Shown: positions 19,867-30,671 of the stretch, piece after piece
Layout of the letters: each line of letters opens with the position of its first letter
How positions within the stretch are numbered: position 1 is the first letter of the stretch
Program-made: the position numbers and the translations under genes
The notes under the pieces: generated by a model
The model's input: the letters and a program-made list of their open reading frames with translations, nothing else
What the model was told of the DNA's origin: nothing
The model's database searches: none
Assembly: GCA_965200315.1 (NCBI GenBank)
Contig: OZ241362.1
Coordinates: 3,072,001-3,136,000, forward strand
From: Candidatus Latescibacterota bacterium
Lineage (GTDB): Bacteria; Latescibacterota; UBA2968; UBA8231
Reading direction: 5' to 3'
DNA length: 64,000 bases

Positions 19867-21114
19867 ATGCAGACGATCACTGTATCGCGCAACGACGAAA
19901 TCTACGAGGCCTTCGCCGATGTGGCCCAAGCGGCCGACGGTACCCTAGTATGCACGTACCGCGAGAGCATGGGACACAGTTCGCGTCCCTTTTCTCGCAT
20001 AATCGTGCGCCGCAGCTTCGACCGCGGCTTGACCTGGATCCCGCGCCAAGTGGTGGTGGCGCGCACCGAGGAGGAAACCGCCCAAGGGCTAGGAAGGCTC
20101 AACTGCTCGCGCATCGCCGCCGGCCGCGACGGAACTTTGCTACTCATCGTTGACTTGCTGCTCAAGGATACCTTTGAAGAATACCTAGAGCCGGGCACCT
20201 GCATGAACCTCCTGTTGCGCAGCCGCGACAACGGAGCCACCTGGGAGGGGCCGGAGGAGACCGGCATGACCGAGGGCATCGTCCCCTCCATCAAGGAACT
20301 GTCCAACGGCGACCTAATCGTCGGCCTCACCGAACAGTGGCCCGGCCAACGGGGAACCGAGGATTTCGTGGAAGTGCAGACATGCTATCTGTCCGCCGAC
20401 CGAGCCCAGACTTGGGAAGGCCCTTTCAAGGTGCCCGACCCCGAAGGTTCGCCCTGCACCGGGGGGCCTTGGCGTTTGAACGAGGGGGATTTTGCCGAAA
20501 TGGACGACGGCACTTTGGTGCTCTATATGCGCGAGGACGGCGAGGGACTGAGTGGCTGGAAGAGCTTTTCCGGCGACGGCGGTCGGACGTGGTCAACGCC
20601 GGTGCGCACTCAGATGATGCGCTGTCTGGGTCGCCCCTCGGTGGGTCGCCTGCGCTCAGGGGAGGTGGCTATTACCTATCGGGTCGCCTGCGGTCTTTCT
20701 ACTTCCCTCGGACTCTATGTAGAGACCGCGGCGGAGGCTTTGCGCGGCTCCCCCATTCGGGCGGGTGCTCCAGCCGACCCCGAGCAATACCAAGGCGAAA
20801 CCGAGGCTCGCTTCGCCTTTTTGGACAATGATCGTGCTCTGTCGGCCGACAGCGGCTATTCGGGCTGGGTGCAACTACCCGACGGGACGCTCTACATGGT
20901 CAATTACATCACCGATGACGCGCCCCGTGCCCACATTCGCGGCTATGTAGTGGGCCGCGATGACTGGTATCTCTTTCCCGAGGGGGCGATATGCGCCAAC
21001 CATCCCTTGTCGAACAATCCCCACTACTACGACAAGGCCCAGCAAATGGCCCTTGAACAGCAACGCTGGGTTGACGAGCAAAATTGGTCGCGCCGCGTAC
21101 CGACGCAGAAATAG
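19867..21114 (+). CDS. Sialidase-like BNR/Asp-box beta-propeller protein
   Basis: Asp-boxes SFDRGLTW, SRDNGATW, SADRAQTW, SGDGGRTW; DSGYSG. Confidence 0.8.
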   Translation: MQTITVSRNDEIYEAFADVAQAADGTLVCTYRESMGHSSRPFSRIIVRRSFDRGLTWIPRQVVVARTEEETAQGLGRLNCSRIAAGRDGTLLLIVDLLLKDTFEEYLEPGTCMNLLLRSRDNGATWEGPEETGMTEGIVPSIKELSNGDLIVGLTEQWPGQRGTEDFVEVQTCYLSADRAQTWEGPFKVPDPEGSPCTGGPWRLNEGDFAEMDDGTLVLYMREDGEGLSGWKSFSGDGGRTWSTPVRTQMMRCLGRPSVGRLRSGEVAITYRVACGLSTSLGLYVETAAEALRGSPIRAGAPADPEQYQGETEARFAFLDNDRALSADSGYSGWVQLPDGTLYMVNYITDDAPRAHIRGYVVGRDDWYLFPEGAICANHPLSNNPHYYDKAQQMALEQQRWVDEQNWSRRVPTQK

Positions 21115-21117
21115 ACC

Positions 21118-22089
21118 CTATCCGGCCCGTTCGAGAGCGGTCAGATCAAACGGATTGGACCACGCCTTGTGGCCGCGCTCGTCGATGATCTCAAAGCGCA
21201 CCCAGCGGACATTGGCCCTGAGCGCAAAGGTCGCGGTCTCAAAGAGGGCACCGTGCTGATGATACTCGGTGCCGAAAAGATCGGACACCGCGGCGATGCG
21301 CCGCGCCGGCGAGCAGGACACCGTGGCTTCGACTTGGGTGCGCTCGTCGCCCTCGCGGTCGGTGCGGCGGAGCTGGATGTCGTGGATTGTGGGGCCGGTG
21401 CTGCCGTACGATGCGCCTGCGACTAGAGCGGCGACGACTGCGTCGGCGGTGCGCTCTTTGACGCGAACCCAAGTCCATCCTTGGTACGTGTCGCGCTGGT
21501 CGGCTTCGAGGGCGTGCGAATCGTCGTTGGCCAGCGCCGGGTAGAGGCGATTCTCCAACTCCATCCAGTCGTCCCAATGTACGCTCGACTCGCCGCGTCC
21601 GGCGCAGCGGCAAGTGGTGTTGAAGACCTCGATGCCGGCGAACCCTGTGAGCGGTAGCGCGTCGCGCAGGATATTGACCGAACTCCAATGAGGGTGAGCT
21701 AGCCAGACAGCACCGCCTTGCCGTCGGACCTCGTCGATGACGTGCTGGGGGGGCATCTTCGCCGCGTCCATGTCCTCGTGGATATTGATACAGACGAAGT
21801 GGTGCCGCTGGCCGCCGAAGGGATTGTCCGGGTGCAGTTCGGCCCCTTGGATGAGCACGAAGTCGCTTGGAGCCTGCACGGTATGGGTAAAGGTGATTTT
21901 GTGGTGGTCGGACAGGCAGAGGAAGTCGTAGCCTTGGCCGACATAGCCGTCGAGCCGCTCTTGCGGCGCGGCCTTGCCGTCGGAATTGGTCGTGTGCGAG
22001 TGGAGGTTGCCCTTGAGCCAGATGTAGCCGTCGTCCTCGCTGAGGGAAAATGGGTTGGTCAGTGTGCCCTTGGGTGCGTTGTCCGACAT
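21118..22089 (-). CDS. PHP-domain metallohydrolase (CehA/McbA-like)
   Basis: KGNLHSHTTNSDG, LSDHH, AHPHW, NDDSH, AWSNP. Confidence 0.85.
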   Translation of the reverse strand: MSDNAPKGTLTNPFSLSEDDGYIWLKGNLHSHTTNSDGKAAPQERLDGYVGQGYDFLCLSDHHKITFTHTVQAPSDFVLIQGAELHPDNPFGGQRHHFVCINIHEDMDAAKMPPQHVIDEVRRQGGAVWLAHPHWSSVNILRDALPLTGFAGIEVFNTTCRCAGRGESSVHWDDWMELENRLYPALANDDSHALEADQRDTYQGWTWVRVKERTADAVVAALVAGASYGSTGPTIHDIQLRRTDREGDERTQVEATVSCSPARRIAAVSDLFGTEYHQHGALFETATFALRANVRWVRFEIIDERGHKAWSNPFDLTALERAG

Positions 22090-22249
22090 TTTGGTCCTTT
22101 CTCTGGGAGGGGGTCGTGTGTCAGCGTTGAAGGCATAGTATAGAGCGGCTCTCTTAGGGGAGCAATGGTGCTTATGAGTTAGCGGCGAGGGCGGCGATTC
22201 GATGTGGAGAATTTGTAATCCTCTATGCTTTAGACCGCCCCAATCCCAC

Positions 22250-22380
22250 CTGCGAGTGAAGAAGAAGGGGCCGACGTACTTCATGCCGGCGCGTTGGGCG
22301 ACGAAGGCAAAGCTCCATATCAGGGCTATGAGCAGGAGGTCGGCGCGAACTTGGGCGGAGTGCGCCGTAGCAATGTTCAT
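22250..22380 (-). pseudogene. N-terminal stub of an EamA/DMT transporter
   Basis: RADLLLIALIWSFAFVAQRAGMKYVGPFFF, after which similarity stops. Confidence 0.6.
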
Positions 22381-22474
22381 ATAGCAACCCCAAATCATTC
22401 ATGAAGTTATCCGCAGATAGACGCAGAATATCCATAGATATTTACGAGAGGATCAACAGCGCAAATCTGCTATA
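22380..22474. mobile_element. Second MITE-like element (TATAGCA...TGCTATA)
   Basis: Begins TATAGCAACCCCAAATCATT (similar to the 3459 end), ends AATCTGCTATA; contains ATCCGCAGAT..CGCAGA, also seen at 30622. Confidence 0.5.
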
Positions 22475-23293
22475 TCAGCGCCTGACAGGCAGTGGTCGGC
22501 CTGCGTATTTTTGCGCCAGCGCGTAGATCAAAAGGTTGGTGCCGAACTGCAAGCTGCGGCTGCGGCCTTCGGCGTCGAGGTTGCCCCAGAACCAGCTAAT
22601 GTTGAGGTCGCTGAAGATAACGGCGGTCCGTCCTTTGAGTTCTATAGCTTCCAAGGCGAAGACGTTGCCCCGGTTCGTGCCGCTTAGAGGCGGGCCATCG
22701 GGGAAGTCGAAATAGACCGAATACAGGGGGTCGCTCTTGGGTAATTTGCGCCAGCGTGCTCCGTCGTTGCCGAGGACTTGCGGGTCTTTGAGCAGGGCCT
22801 TGAACTGCCGGTCGAAGGGGGTGCCGGCTACGCCAGCCTCTCTGCGTAAATTCGCATCTAAGGGCAAAATATCCTCGGCAAAGAGCAGACCGCCGCTCTG
22901 TAGGTAGTGGGCGAGGTTTTTCTTTTCGGTGTCGCTTATCTGCATGACGCAGTCGAAGCCGGTCATGTAGAGCAGCAGCGCGTCCGCAATTTTCGGATCG
23001 TCGAGCGCGAGGGTGCGCGAGTGCAACGGCACTTTGAGTTGGGTCGATACGTGGGTGAACGTCACCAGTTCCTGCACGGCCAGCGAGAGGTAGTCGCGCT
23101 CCTTGACCGCGTTGTCGTAGTTCACTTGGACGATGGTCAAGGGGCCGCCCGGTGTCGGCATCACGCGCTGGCGTTCGGGTTGGGGAATTGATAGGGGCGG
23201 ACGCTCGTCTTGGGTTAGGGCCGGGGCGGCGAGCAGTAATGTAAGAACGAGACTTGTGCTCAACCGGCGGGCGCAGTGGTGGATGGTGTTCAT
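22475..23293 (-). CDS. DUF4159 domain protein, probably exported
   Basis: LLYMTG, LAHYLQSGGLLFAED, GRTAVIFS, FGTNLLIYAL. Confidence 0.75.
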   Translation of the reverse strand: MNTIHHCARRLSTSLVLTLLLAAPALTQDERPPLSIPQPERQRVMPTPGGPLTIVQVNYDNAVKERDYLSLAVQELVTFTHVSTQLKVPLHSRTLALDDPKIADALLLYMTGFDCVMQISDTEKKNLAHYLQSGGLLFAEDILPLDANLRREAGVAGTPFDRQFKALLKDPQVLGNDGARWRKLPKSDPLYSVYFDFPDGPPLSGTNRGNVFALEAIELKGRTAVIFSDLNISWFWGNLDAEGRSRSLQFGTNLLIYALAQKYAGRPLPVRR

Positions 23294-23312
23294 ATCGCGC
23301 CGTGGCGACAGG

Positions 23313-24293
23313 TCACGCGCCGAGCTTGTTGACCACTTGGATGAGGGCCTGTATAAAGCCCACGCAATGGGCACGTCCCCGGTGCCCCCAAGGCGAGTCA
23401 TCGACAATATGGGGCACGTGATCGGTTATCATAAAGCCGTCGAAACCAACCGCCTTGAGTGCCTTGACCACCTCAAAAGTATCGACTTGGCCGCAGTCGA
23501 TAAAGGTCTCGTGGAAGTCCTCCACCGGCCCGATGACGTCGCGAAAGTGGATGTAGATGATTTTCTTTTGCCCGCCGAAGTGGCGGACGGCGCGGATAAC
23601 GCTGTCGTGGCCGCCCATCTCCGACCAGCACCCCATGCAGAAATCGAGGCCGTGATGCGGGCTGTCGAAGGTGTCCATGTTGCGCTTGAAGTCGTCGAAA
23701 GAACTGCATATCCGCGCTATGCCGCCGAGAGTCGTGCCGGTGGGCGGGTCGTCTGGGTGTAGGGCTAGACGCACATTGGCTTCCTCGGCTATGGGCAAAA
23801 TGCGCTCCAAATACCAGCAGTAGTTTTCCCACATCTCCTCGTGGGTGAAGACGCGGCCATGGGTCAGCTCATCGGGGTCGTGCTCGGCGAGGGCAAAGCG
23901 AGTGGCACGGGCCCCGCCGCGCAAGGTGGCTGGCTCGGGCGTGCGCCAGACGCTGTTGGGGATCCAGTGGTAGCCTAAGATCGGGATGCCGGCTTTGCCC
24001 ATGTTGCACACGGTGGTGATCATGTGCTGGAGCTGTTCTTCGCGGCCGCTTTGGCCGAGCATGATCTGGTCGTAGAACGATGTAGGCACGTTTTCCAGTG
24101 CCATCAGCCGCAGTTCGGCGTCATCCGCCCGCTTTTTGATGGCGGCCAAGTCCTCGTATTCCCATTGCTTGTCGCCGGGGAGCTTGGGGGTGTTCATCAA
24201 AAAGTCGTCGCAGCCTATTTGCTTGATAAAGGCGAGCTTTTCGTCGGTGAGTTCGTTGAACTGACCCAGACCCACGCGCATTTGCAGGGACAT
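23313..24293 (-). CDS. uxuA: Mannonate dehydratase family protein
   Basis: LALHPDDPP, GLDFCMGCW, YIHFRDV, DHVP. Confidence 0.85.
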   Translation of the reverse strand: MSLQMRVGLGQFNELTDEKLAFIKQIGCDDFLMNTPKLPGDKQWEYEDLAAIKKRADDAELRLMALENVPTSFYDQIMLGQSGREEQLQHMITTVCNMGKAGIPILGYHWIPNSVWRTPEPATLRGGARATRFALAEHDPDELTHGRVFTHEEMWENYCWYLERILPIAEEANVRLALHPDDPPTGTTLGGIARICSSFDDFKRNMDTFDSPHHGLDFCMGCWSEMGGHDSVIRAVRHFGGQKKIIYIHFRDVIGPVEDFHETFIDCGQVDTFEVVKALKAVGFDGFMITDHVPHIVDDSPWGHRGRAHCVGFIQALIQVVNKLGA

Positions 24294-24354
24294 AAGTAGC
24301 CTCCAGAGGTAAGGGTTTGCAGAGCGGGAAATTTGCCGAAGCCGCCGGAGCGGG

Positions 24355-25269
24355 TCAAGCGCGACGGCCGACGCCGGCTCCGGTGGGGACGTGTATCTCT
24401 AGGCCGGCCTCAGAGTCGGCGACTAGGTCGCTGTCAAAGGCAATCGCCCCCGGCTCGAAAAGCAGCACGACGGTTGAGCCGCCGAATTGGAAAAAGCCCT
24501 TTTCTTGGCCGCGCTCGCAAGGCCCTAACGAGTACGTCTGGACGATGCTGGCGACGTTGATAGCACCCACCTCAATGTAGGCTATCCTGCCGAAGATGGG
24601 CGTAGTCAGCTCGCAGACGGAGCGCCGGTTGCGGTGGAAAACGTCGGGTACGCGGGCGAGGGCGATGGGGTTGACCGAGTGGTAGGTGCCGTTGATCCAC
24701 TCGGTTTGACCCGCTTGGCCGTCGGCTGGGAAGTGGAAGCGGTGATAGTCGTAGGGGGCGAGGCGCACGACGAGGGCACCGCCGCCGTGGTATGGGGTGG
24801 GGTCGATTGCTTCGGCTAGGAGTTCGCGGACCGAGAGCCGGCTGCTTTTGACCGGCAGCTCATCCTCGGCTGCGAGCTGCGGATAGACGAGCACTTTGCC
24901 ATCGGCGGGGCAACAGAGACGCTCGGGGTCGAGGTCGCAGGGTCTAGCTCCGGGTTTGAGGCGGCGAATAAAGAAGTCGTTGAAGCTGGCATAGTGGCTG
25001 AGGGGGTATTCGATTTCGTCGAGGTCAATGCGGTATCGCTCGACAAATGGGCGGATTTGACGCCGAGTCCAAGGGCTTTGTTTCCACCAACCGTAGAGGC
25101 GGGAGCAAAGAGGCCTGTTGAAGACGGCGCGAAAAACGAGATGCCCGGTGTTTGTGCCGTAAAACCAGCGGAGGAGCCCCTGCCCCGGAACGTGTTCGAC
25201 GACGATAGACCCGGTGTGGCGGTCGCGGTAGCGGGTTGGCGTGGGGGCTGTGGCTCGACGGAAGGGCAT
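24355..25269 (-). CDS. psd: Phosphatidylserine decarboxylase proenzyme
   Basis: FNDFFIRRLK, RLAPYDYHRFHFP, FQFGGST cleavage motif. Confidence 0.9.
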   Translation of the reverse strand: MPFRRATAPTPTRYRDRHTGSIVVEHVPGQGLLRWFYGTNTGHLVFRAVFNRPLCSRLYGWWKQSPWTRRQIRPFVERYRIDLDEIEYPLSHYASFNDFFIRRLKPGARPCDLDPERLCCPADGKVLVYPQLAAEDELPVKSSRLSVRELLAEAIDPTPYHGGGALVVRLAPYDYHRFHFPADGQAGQTEWINGTYHSVNPIALARVPDVFHRNRRSVCELTTPIFGRIAYIEVGAINVASIVQTYSLGPCERGQEKGFFQFGGSTVVLLFEPGAIAFDSDLVADSEAGLEIHVPTGAGVGRRA

Positions 25270-25377
25270 GTGTAAGAAAAAGAAAATGGGTGGAAAACGC
25301 GCAAGATGTGAAGTGAGAAGATGGGTAGCTACTGAGATAGACTGCTGAGACGGGACCGAGTTAAGCTAGCACCATCA

Positions 25378-25592
25378 TTAGGACAAGTGCCGGGCGTGAG
25401 ACTTGGTCAGGGCGTGGTCGCCTAGCTCTTTGATAATGTTGTTGAGTTCTCCTTCTGAAGCCAGCCAGCATAGTAGATGACAATGTTGCGCCTAGTAATC
25501 TCGGAAACTTCTTTGAGATAGCGACGGCGGATAACATCGTGCATGCCTTCGGCGGCCTTGATTTCGTCGAGGAGTTGGTTCCAGTTAGGCAT
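25378..25592 (-). pseudogene. Internally deleted SDH-family (Clp-fold, S49-like) serine protease
   Basis: MPNWNQLLDEIK...RRRYLKEVSEITRRNIVIYYAGWLQK joined out of frame to ELNNIIKELGDHALTKSHARHLS*. Confidence 0.6.
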
Positions 25593-25758
25593 CGCCAGCC
25601 TTTGCGGTGTTGTTTTGAGTGTCCGTTGGCTCGTGTCGGCGGGCCTCCTTCTCCAGGCTCTGGCCGATGGTCCCTAAGTCGGCTAGCCGTTGAAAGCGAC
25701 TTCTTTCCTCCGCAGTCTCCAAACCAAGGTGCCGGAATACCTCGCATCTATCGTTCAT
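25585..25758 (-). CDS. 57-aa hypothetical protein (below ORF-track cutoff)
   Basis: AGGAGG RBS, MNDRCEVFRHLGLETAEERSRF...GDA*; overlaps the ATG of the protease remnant. Confidence 0.5.
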   Translation of the reverse strand: MNDRCEVFRHLGLETAEERSRFQRLADLGTIGQSLEKEARRHEPTDTQNNTAKAGDA

Positions 25759-25788
25759 TGTATGTCCTCCTTGTATCAGAGTAATTAG

Positions 25789-26988
25789 TCATTCGGCCAC
25801 GCTCGGCAGCAAATTCTCCTCCACCTTCAAATACAAACCATCCATCCGTTTCTGAAGCATCAGCGTCAGCCCAACAGCCGTCGCCAGCCTGCAATAGGTG
25901 CGGATGTCGTCGAGTTCGAGATGTCGTTCTTTGCGGTCTTTCAACCACTTATCGCAGACTTGGTAGCCGCCGACCTGATATTCGTAGACTTCCGGGGGAA
26001 CAGGACCGAAGTATTGCGTCTTGTTGATATACATACGCTGTTCCTCGGCGTCATAATGAAAGCCCTGCGCCTTCGTCCGTGCAACAATCGCGTCGCCTTG
26101 GCCCTCGAAGCGGCAGGCCGGCGGATCGAGGGCCGGAGACTTGAGAAGATGCAGGTCGGCCAATCGAGTGCCGAGAGCCGCGATGTTGGCAAATAGTTTC
26201 CGGCCTCCTGTAAACGGAATACGCGGGAAGTCGGTCCGCAGAAACTCGGCGTATTTCTCGCGGTAGGTCGGGGCATGAAGAATGGCGTAGATGTAGTGGA
26301 AAATTTCTTCGGGCGAGGGAGCTTGACCGTGCGCCTCGGTTAGAGCCGCGACCCACTCTGGATTCAAATTCGGTTGGCGTTCGGACGCCTCGTGGCGAGC
26401 GAAGAGGTCGGCGCGGTCGGCGGTGGGATAGAGGTAGAGGGGGAAGTTCGCGTTTCCGCCGCGATAGAACAGGTTGAGATCCTCTATTCTCTGCGAGCAG
26501 TAAATCAAATTCCATTCACCAGCACCGACAACATGCCCTTGGCGTCCAACACACAGTGCCAAATTATCCCCGGCCAGTATATGGCGCATAACCTCGGAGC
26601 GGGGCATACATAAGAATCCCCGCGACCATCCCGTATAATAAGTGTAACGTATGTCAAAAGGCCGATACAGAATTGGAACCACATTTTCTTTGGTAGGGCC
26701 GGAAGCCAGCAAATCTCTCTGTGCCATCGTTACCTTCCAATCTCGCGAATCTTCGCCGAGTTCATACGCCTGCCGGGCCAGTTCCGGCTCCATCCCCGAA
26801 AAAGTACGCACCGTATCCCACGCCTCTTGCTTTGACCAGCGAATCGCCAAGTGGTCGCGTGCGGTGACGATGCCGACGCTGTTGACCGGAAATACATCGG
26901 GAATGGAAGTGAACCGGCCATACTCGGCTTCGAGCACATCATCACGCGGCACGAATATATAGAACGGCGAGACCGGGTTTGTTGCCAT
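25789..26988 (-). CDS. Type ISP/IIG restriction-modification C-terminal specificity region (separate frame)
   Basis: GIVTARD, YRPFDIRYTYY, IFHYIYAIL, YAEFLRTDFPRIP, VGGYQVCDKWLKDRK. Confidence 0.8.
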   Translation of the reverse strand: MATNPVSPFYIFVPRDDVLEAEYGRFTSIPDVFPVNSVGIVTARDHLAIRWSKQEAWDTVRTFSGMEPELARQAYELGEDSRDWKVTMAQRDLLASGPTKENVVPILYRPFDIRYTYYTGWSRGFLCMPRSEVMRHILAGDNLALCVGRQGHVVGAGEWNLIYCSQRIEDLNLFYRGGNANFPLYLYPTADRADLFARHEASERQPNLNPEWVAALTEAHGQAPSPEEIFHYIYAILHAPTYREKYAEFLRTDFPRIPFTGGRKLFANIAALGTRLADLHLLKSPALDPPACRFEGQGDAIVARTKAQGFHYDAEEQRMYINKTQYFGPVPPEVYEYQVGGYQVCDKWLKDRKERHLELDDIRTYCRLATAVGLTLMLQKRMDGLYLKVEENLLPSVAE

Positions 26989-28976
26989 TCAGTGCTATTC
27001 AAATCATGGTCGGCCAGCCAGTCGTACTTGCTCTCACGAGTTCCATATAATCCGGCGTGATGGACGCGAGCATCGCGCTCTTGTTTGTTGTCGCGCTTGA
27101 CGAAAAAGGCGATGGCTACGCCTTGGCGAATGTCAAACACATTCTCGTCTTTGCTACCGTCCGGGGCGGTTTCCTTTTTTAGCGAATTGCCGTGCAGGTC
27201 TAAGATGTAGATGTCGTCAAAAGTGTGCATCAGGCTACGGCGCATCCCGCGAAAAGTGGGGTTGTCGAGATAGCTATGGTTGGTGATCATCCCGACGACG
27301 CCCCGCCCGGCTTGCTCAATTTTCCACTGGGCAAAACGAAGGAACTTGACGTAATCATCCTGAAGCCACTTAGGGTTCTTTTCGCCGAGTGGGTTGCCAT
27401 CCACCCGCTTGTATTCGTCAATCAACCCCCGTATCCAATCACCCGTATTGCTCGAATGGCCCGAATAGGGCGGATTGCCCAAGATGAGCAGGATCGGCGT
27501 CTGTTTTTTGACCGCGCCGGCCAAGCGGGATTCCTCGGCCAAGGCAGAGAGGCCGGGCAAACGGCTCTGTTCCAATTCCTCCGTGTCGAGCGTATTGGTG
27601 AGATAGAAAGGGACACGCTCGTCGTCGGCGAGACGGTGGCCGAGCTCTTCGAGAAAAAAGCTCATCTTGAGATGGCCGACCGCGTAGGGTGCCATCATCA
27701 ACTCAAGGGCATAGAAGTTTTGCAGAACATGCCGACGGATAAAATCCTCTTTTCCGCCGCTGCCATAGTTGGCCTCAAACTCGGCAACCGCTTCTTGAGC
27801 GGCGCGAGCGACAAAGGTCATGGTGCCGGCCGCCGGATCGAGCAATGTCACACCATCAGAGGCGAGGCCATCGCGCTTGTCGAACTCCGCCTTGAGCAAT
27901 CTGTGCAGGGAGCGCACGATGTAGCCAACGACTGGTTCGGGCGTGTAATACACCCCCCGCCGCTCGCGCTCGTTGGGATCGTATTGCGCCAAGAAGGTCT
28001 CGTAGAAATGCACGATCGGGTCGCTGCCTTTGCCCTCGCGGTAGTAGCGGTCCAGAATGCCGGGCGCGTCGGCCACGGCCAAAACTTCGGCGAGGTCGTC
28101 TACACACCAAGCGAGCGGATCGGGCAGCTCGTCGAGCGAAATAAAGCGGAACAAATCGCGCAGGACGCCGATAGTATGCGGGATGTGGTCGAAAGCAGCG
28201 CGCCGGTTGAAGCCATTGCTGGCCCGAGTGCGGGCGGCGAACAGCCCGTAGGTAATGGTTTGGGCGAACAGATCGGCGAAATTTTCAGGCGTCAGCGAGC
28301 CGATCAGGTACGTCTGGAATGCCTCGAAAAAGCCGGAGAGCCTACCGGGATCCACCCGTTCTTGTTGGAACTGTTCGCCGATTACATCGCGGAGGAGGCG
28401 TGTGCGCTTGGCCAGTTCGACGGCGAGCGATTCGGCAGTAAACGTCTGGGGCAGCGCAAAGTCCAAGAAGCAGTCGAGCAAGGCGCAGAGTTCGTCTTGG
28501 TTTTCGAGCGGGGGCGTGGCGCGCACTGCGTTGAGTATTAGGGGCCGACCCGCCTGTACCACTTGGACGCGCTCGCCGTTTCGGTACAAGCGGAACTCGA
28601 GAAAGTTGGTGAGAATGAGGTTCGGAAACGTAGCGCGATAGCGTTTGAGTTGTTCGGAATTTTCAATACTCTCCAGCCGCTCTTCGGTCGGCTTCTTCGC
28701 CTCGACATAGCCGATAATCCGGTCCGTCCCGTTCCAGAGGCGGAAGTCCGGGTTGCCGCCCTCGGTGGGCCGGGGAAGCGTAGTGACGTGTACGTCCGTC
28801 TTCCCAGCGGCGATTTCTTTCAGCATGTCCGCCAGTGCCGGGTAGAAGCTCTCCTCCCGTGCGTCGCCTTGGCGGGCCACAGCGGCGAGATTTTTCAAAT
28901 ACGTTAAAAAGATGGTTTTTTGGTTCACGGGGTTCTCCCTGACTTCTTCCATGTCGGCGTACATTCTAAATGGCAA
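26730..28976 (-). CDS. Type IIG/ISP-like restriction-modification enzyme, nuclease plus N6-adenine methyltransferase; frameshifted near 26980
   Basis: NPDF..IGYVEAKK (PD-ExK), RGVYYTP, LDPAAGT (motif I), GNPPY (motif IV); plausible sequence ends at DLNSTEWQ and continues in the -1 frame. Confidence 0.85.
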   Translation of the reverse strand: MPFRMYADMEEVRENPVNQKTIFLTYLKNLAAVARQGDAREESFYPALADMLKEIAAGKTDVHVTTLPRPTEGGNPDFRLWNGTDRIIGYVEAKKPTEERLESIENSEQLKRYRATFPNLILTNFLEFRLYRNGERVQVVQAGRPLILNAVRATPPLENQDELCALLDCFLDFALPQTFTAESLAVELAKRTRLLRDVIGEQFQQERVDPGRLSGFFEAFQTYLIGSLTPENFADLFAQTITYGLFAARTRASNGFNRRAAFDHIPHTIGVLRDLFRFISLDELPDPLAWCVDDLAEVLAVADAPGILDRYYREGKGSDPIVHFYETFLAQYDPNERERRGVYYTPEPVVGYIVRSLHRLLKAEFDKRDGLASDGVTLLDPAAGTMTFVARAAQEAVAEFEANYGSGGKEDFIRRHVLQNFYALELMMAPYAVGHLKMSFFLEELGHRLADDERVPFYLTNTLDTEELEQSRLPGLSALAEESRLAGAVKKQTPILLILGNPPYSGHSSNTGDWIRGLIDEYKRVDGNPLGEKNPKWLQDDYVKFLRFAQWKIEQAGRGVVGMITNHSYLDNPTFRGMRRSLMHTFDDIYILDLHGNSLKKETAPDGSKDENVFDIRQGVAIAFFVKRDNKQERDARVHHAGLYGTRESKYDWLADHDLNSTEWQQTRSRRSIYSCRVMMCSKPSMAGSLPFPMYFRSTASASSPHATTWRFAGQSKRRGIRCVLFRGWSRNWPGRRMNSAKIREIGR

Positions 28977-29079
28977 AACCCAATGGCCATCGGGAAATGA
29001 GGACGCTGGTCTAGTACCTTCTCACGCCCAATGCGATAACTTGACTATACTTTATCACTCTGACAACCAAACAATTTAG

Positions 29080-30566
<1,487 letters not shown>

Positions 30567-30671
30567 AGACCGCGACCTCCGTTTTTCCAATCTATAGCAA
30601 GCCTACAGTGCTTACAAGACGATCCGCAGATGGGCGCAGATAGTATGCACGAGACGATCCAATCATTCCGA

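Noticed and set aside
21118-22398. 426-aa DMT-PHP fusion ORF
   Set aside because: The intervening segment is not protein-like and the PHP gene has its own plausible start at 22089; open frame likely coincidental.
26975-26990. Programmed -1 ribosomal frameshift in the R-M gene
   Set aside because: No X-XXY-YYZ slippery heptamer at the junction.
27225-28541. 438-aa plus-strand ORF within the R-M gene
   Set aside because: Antisense shadow ORF typical of high-GC coding DNA; no motifs.
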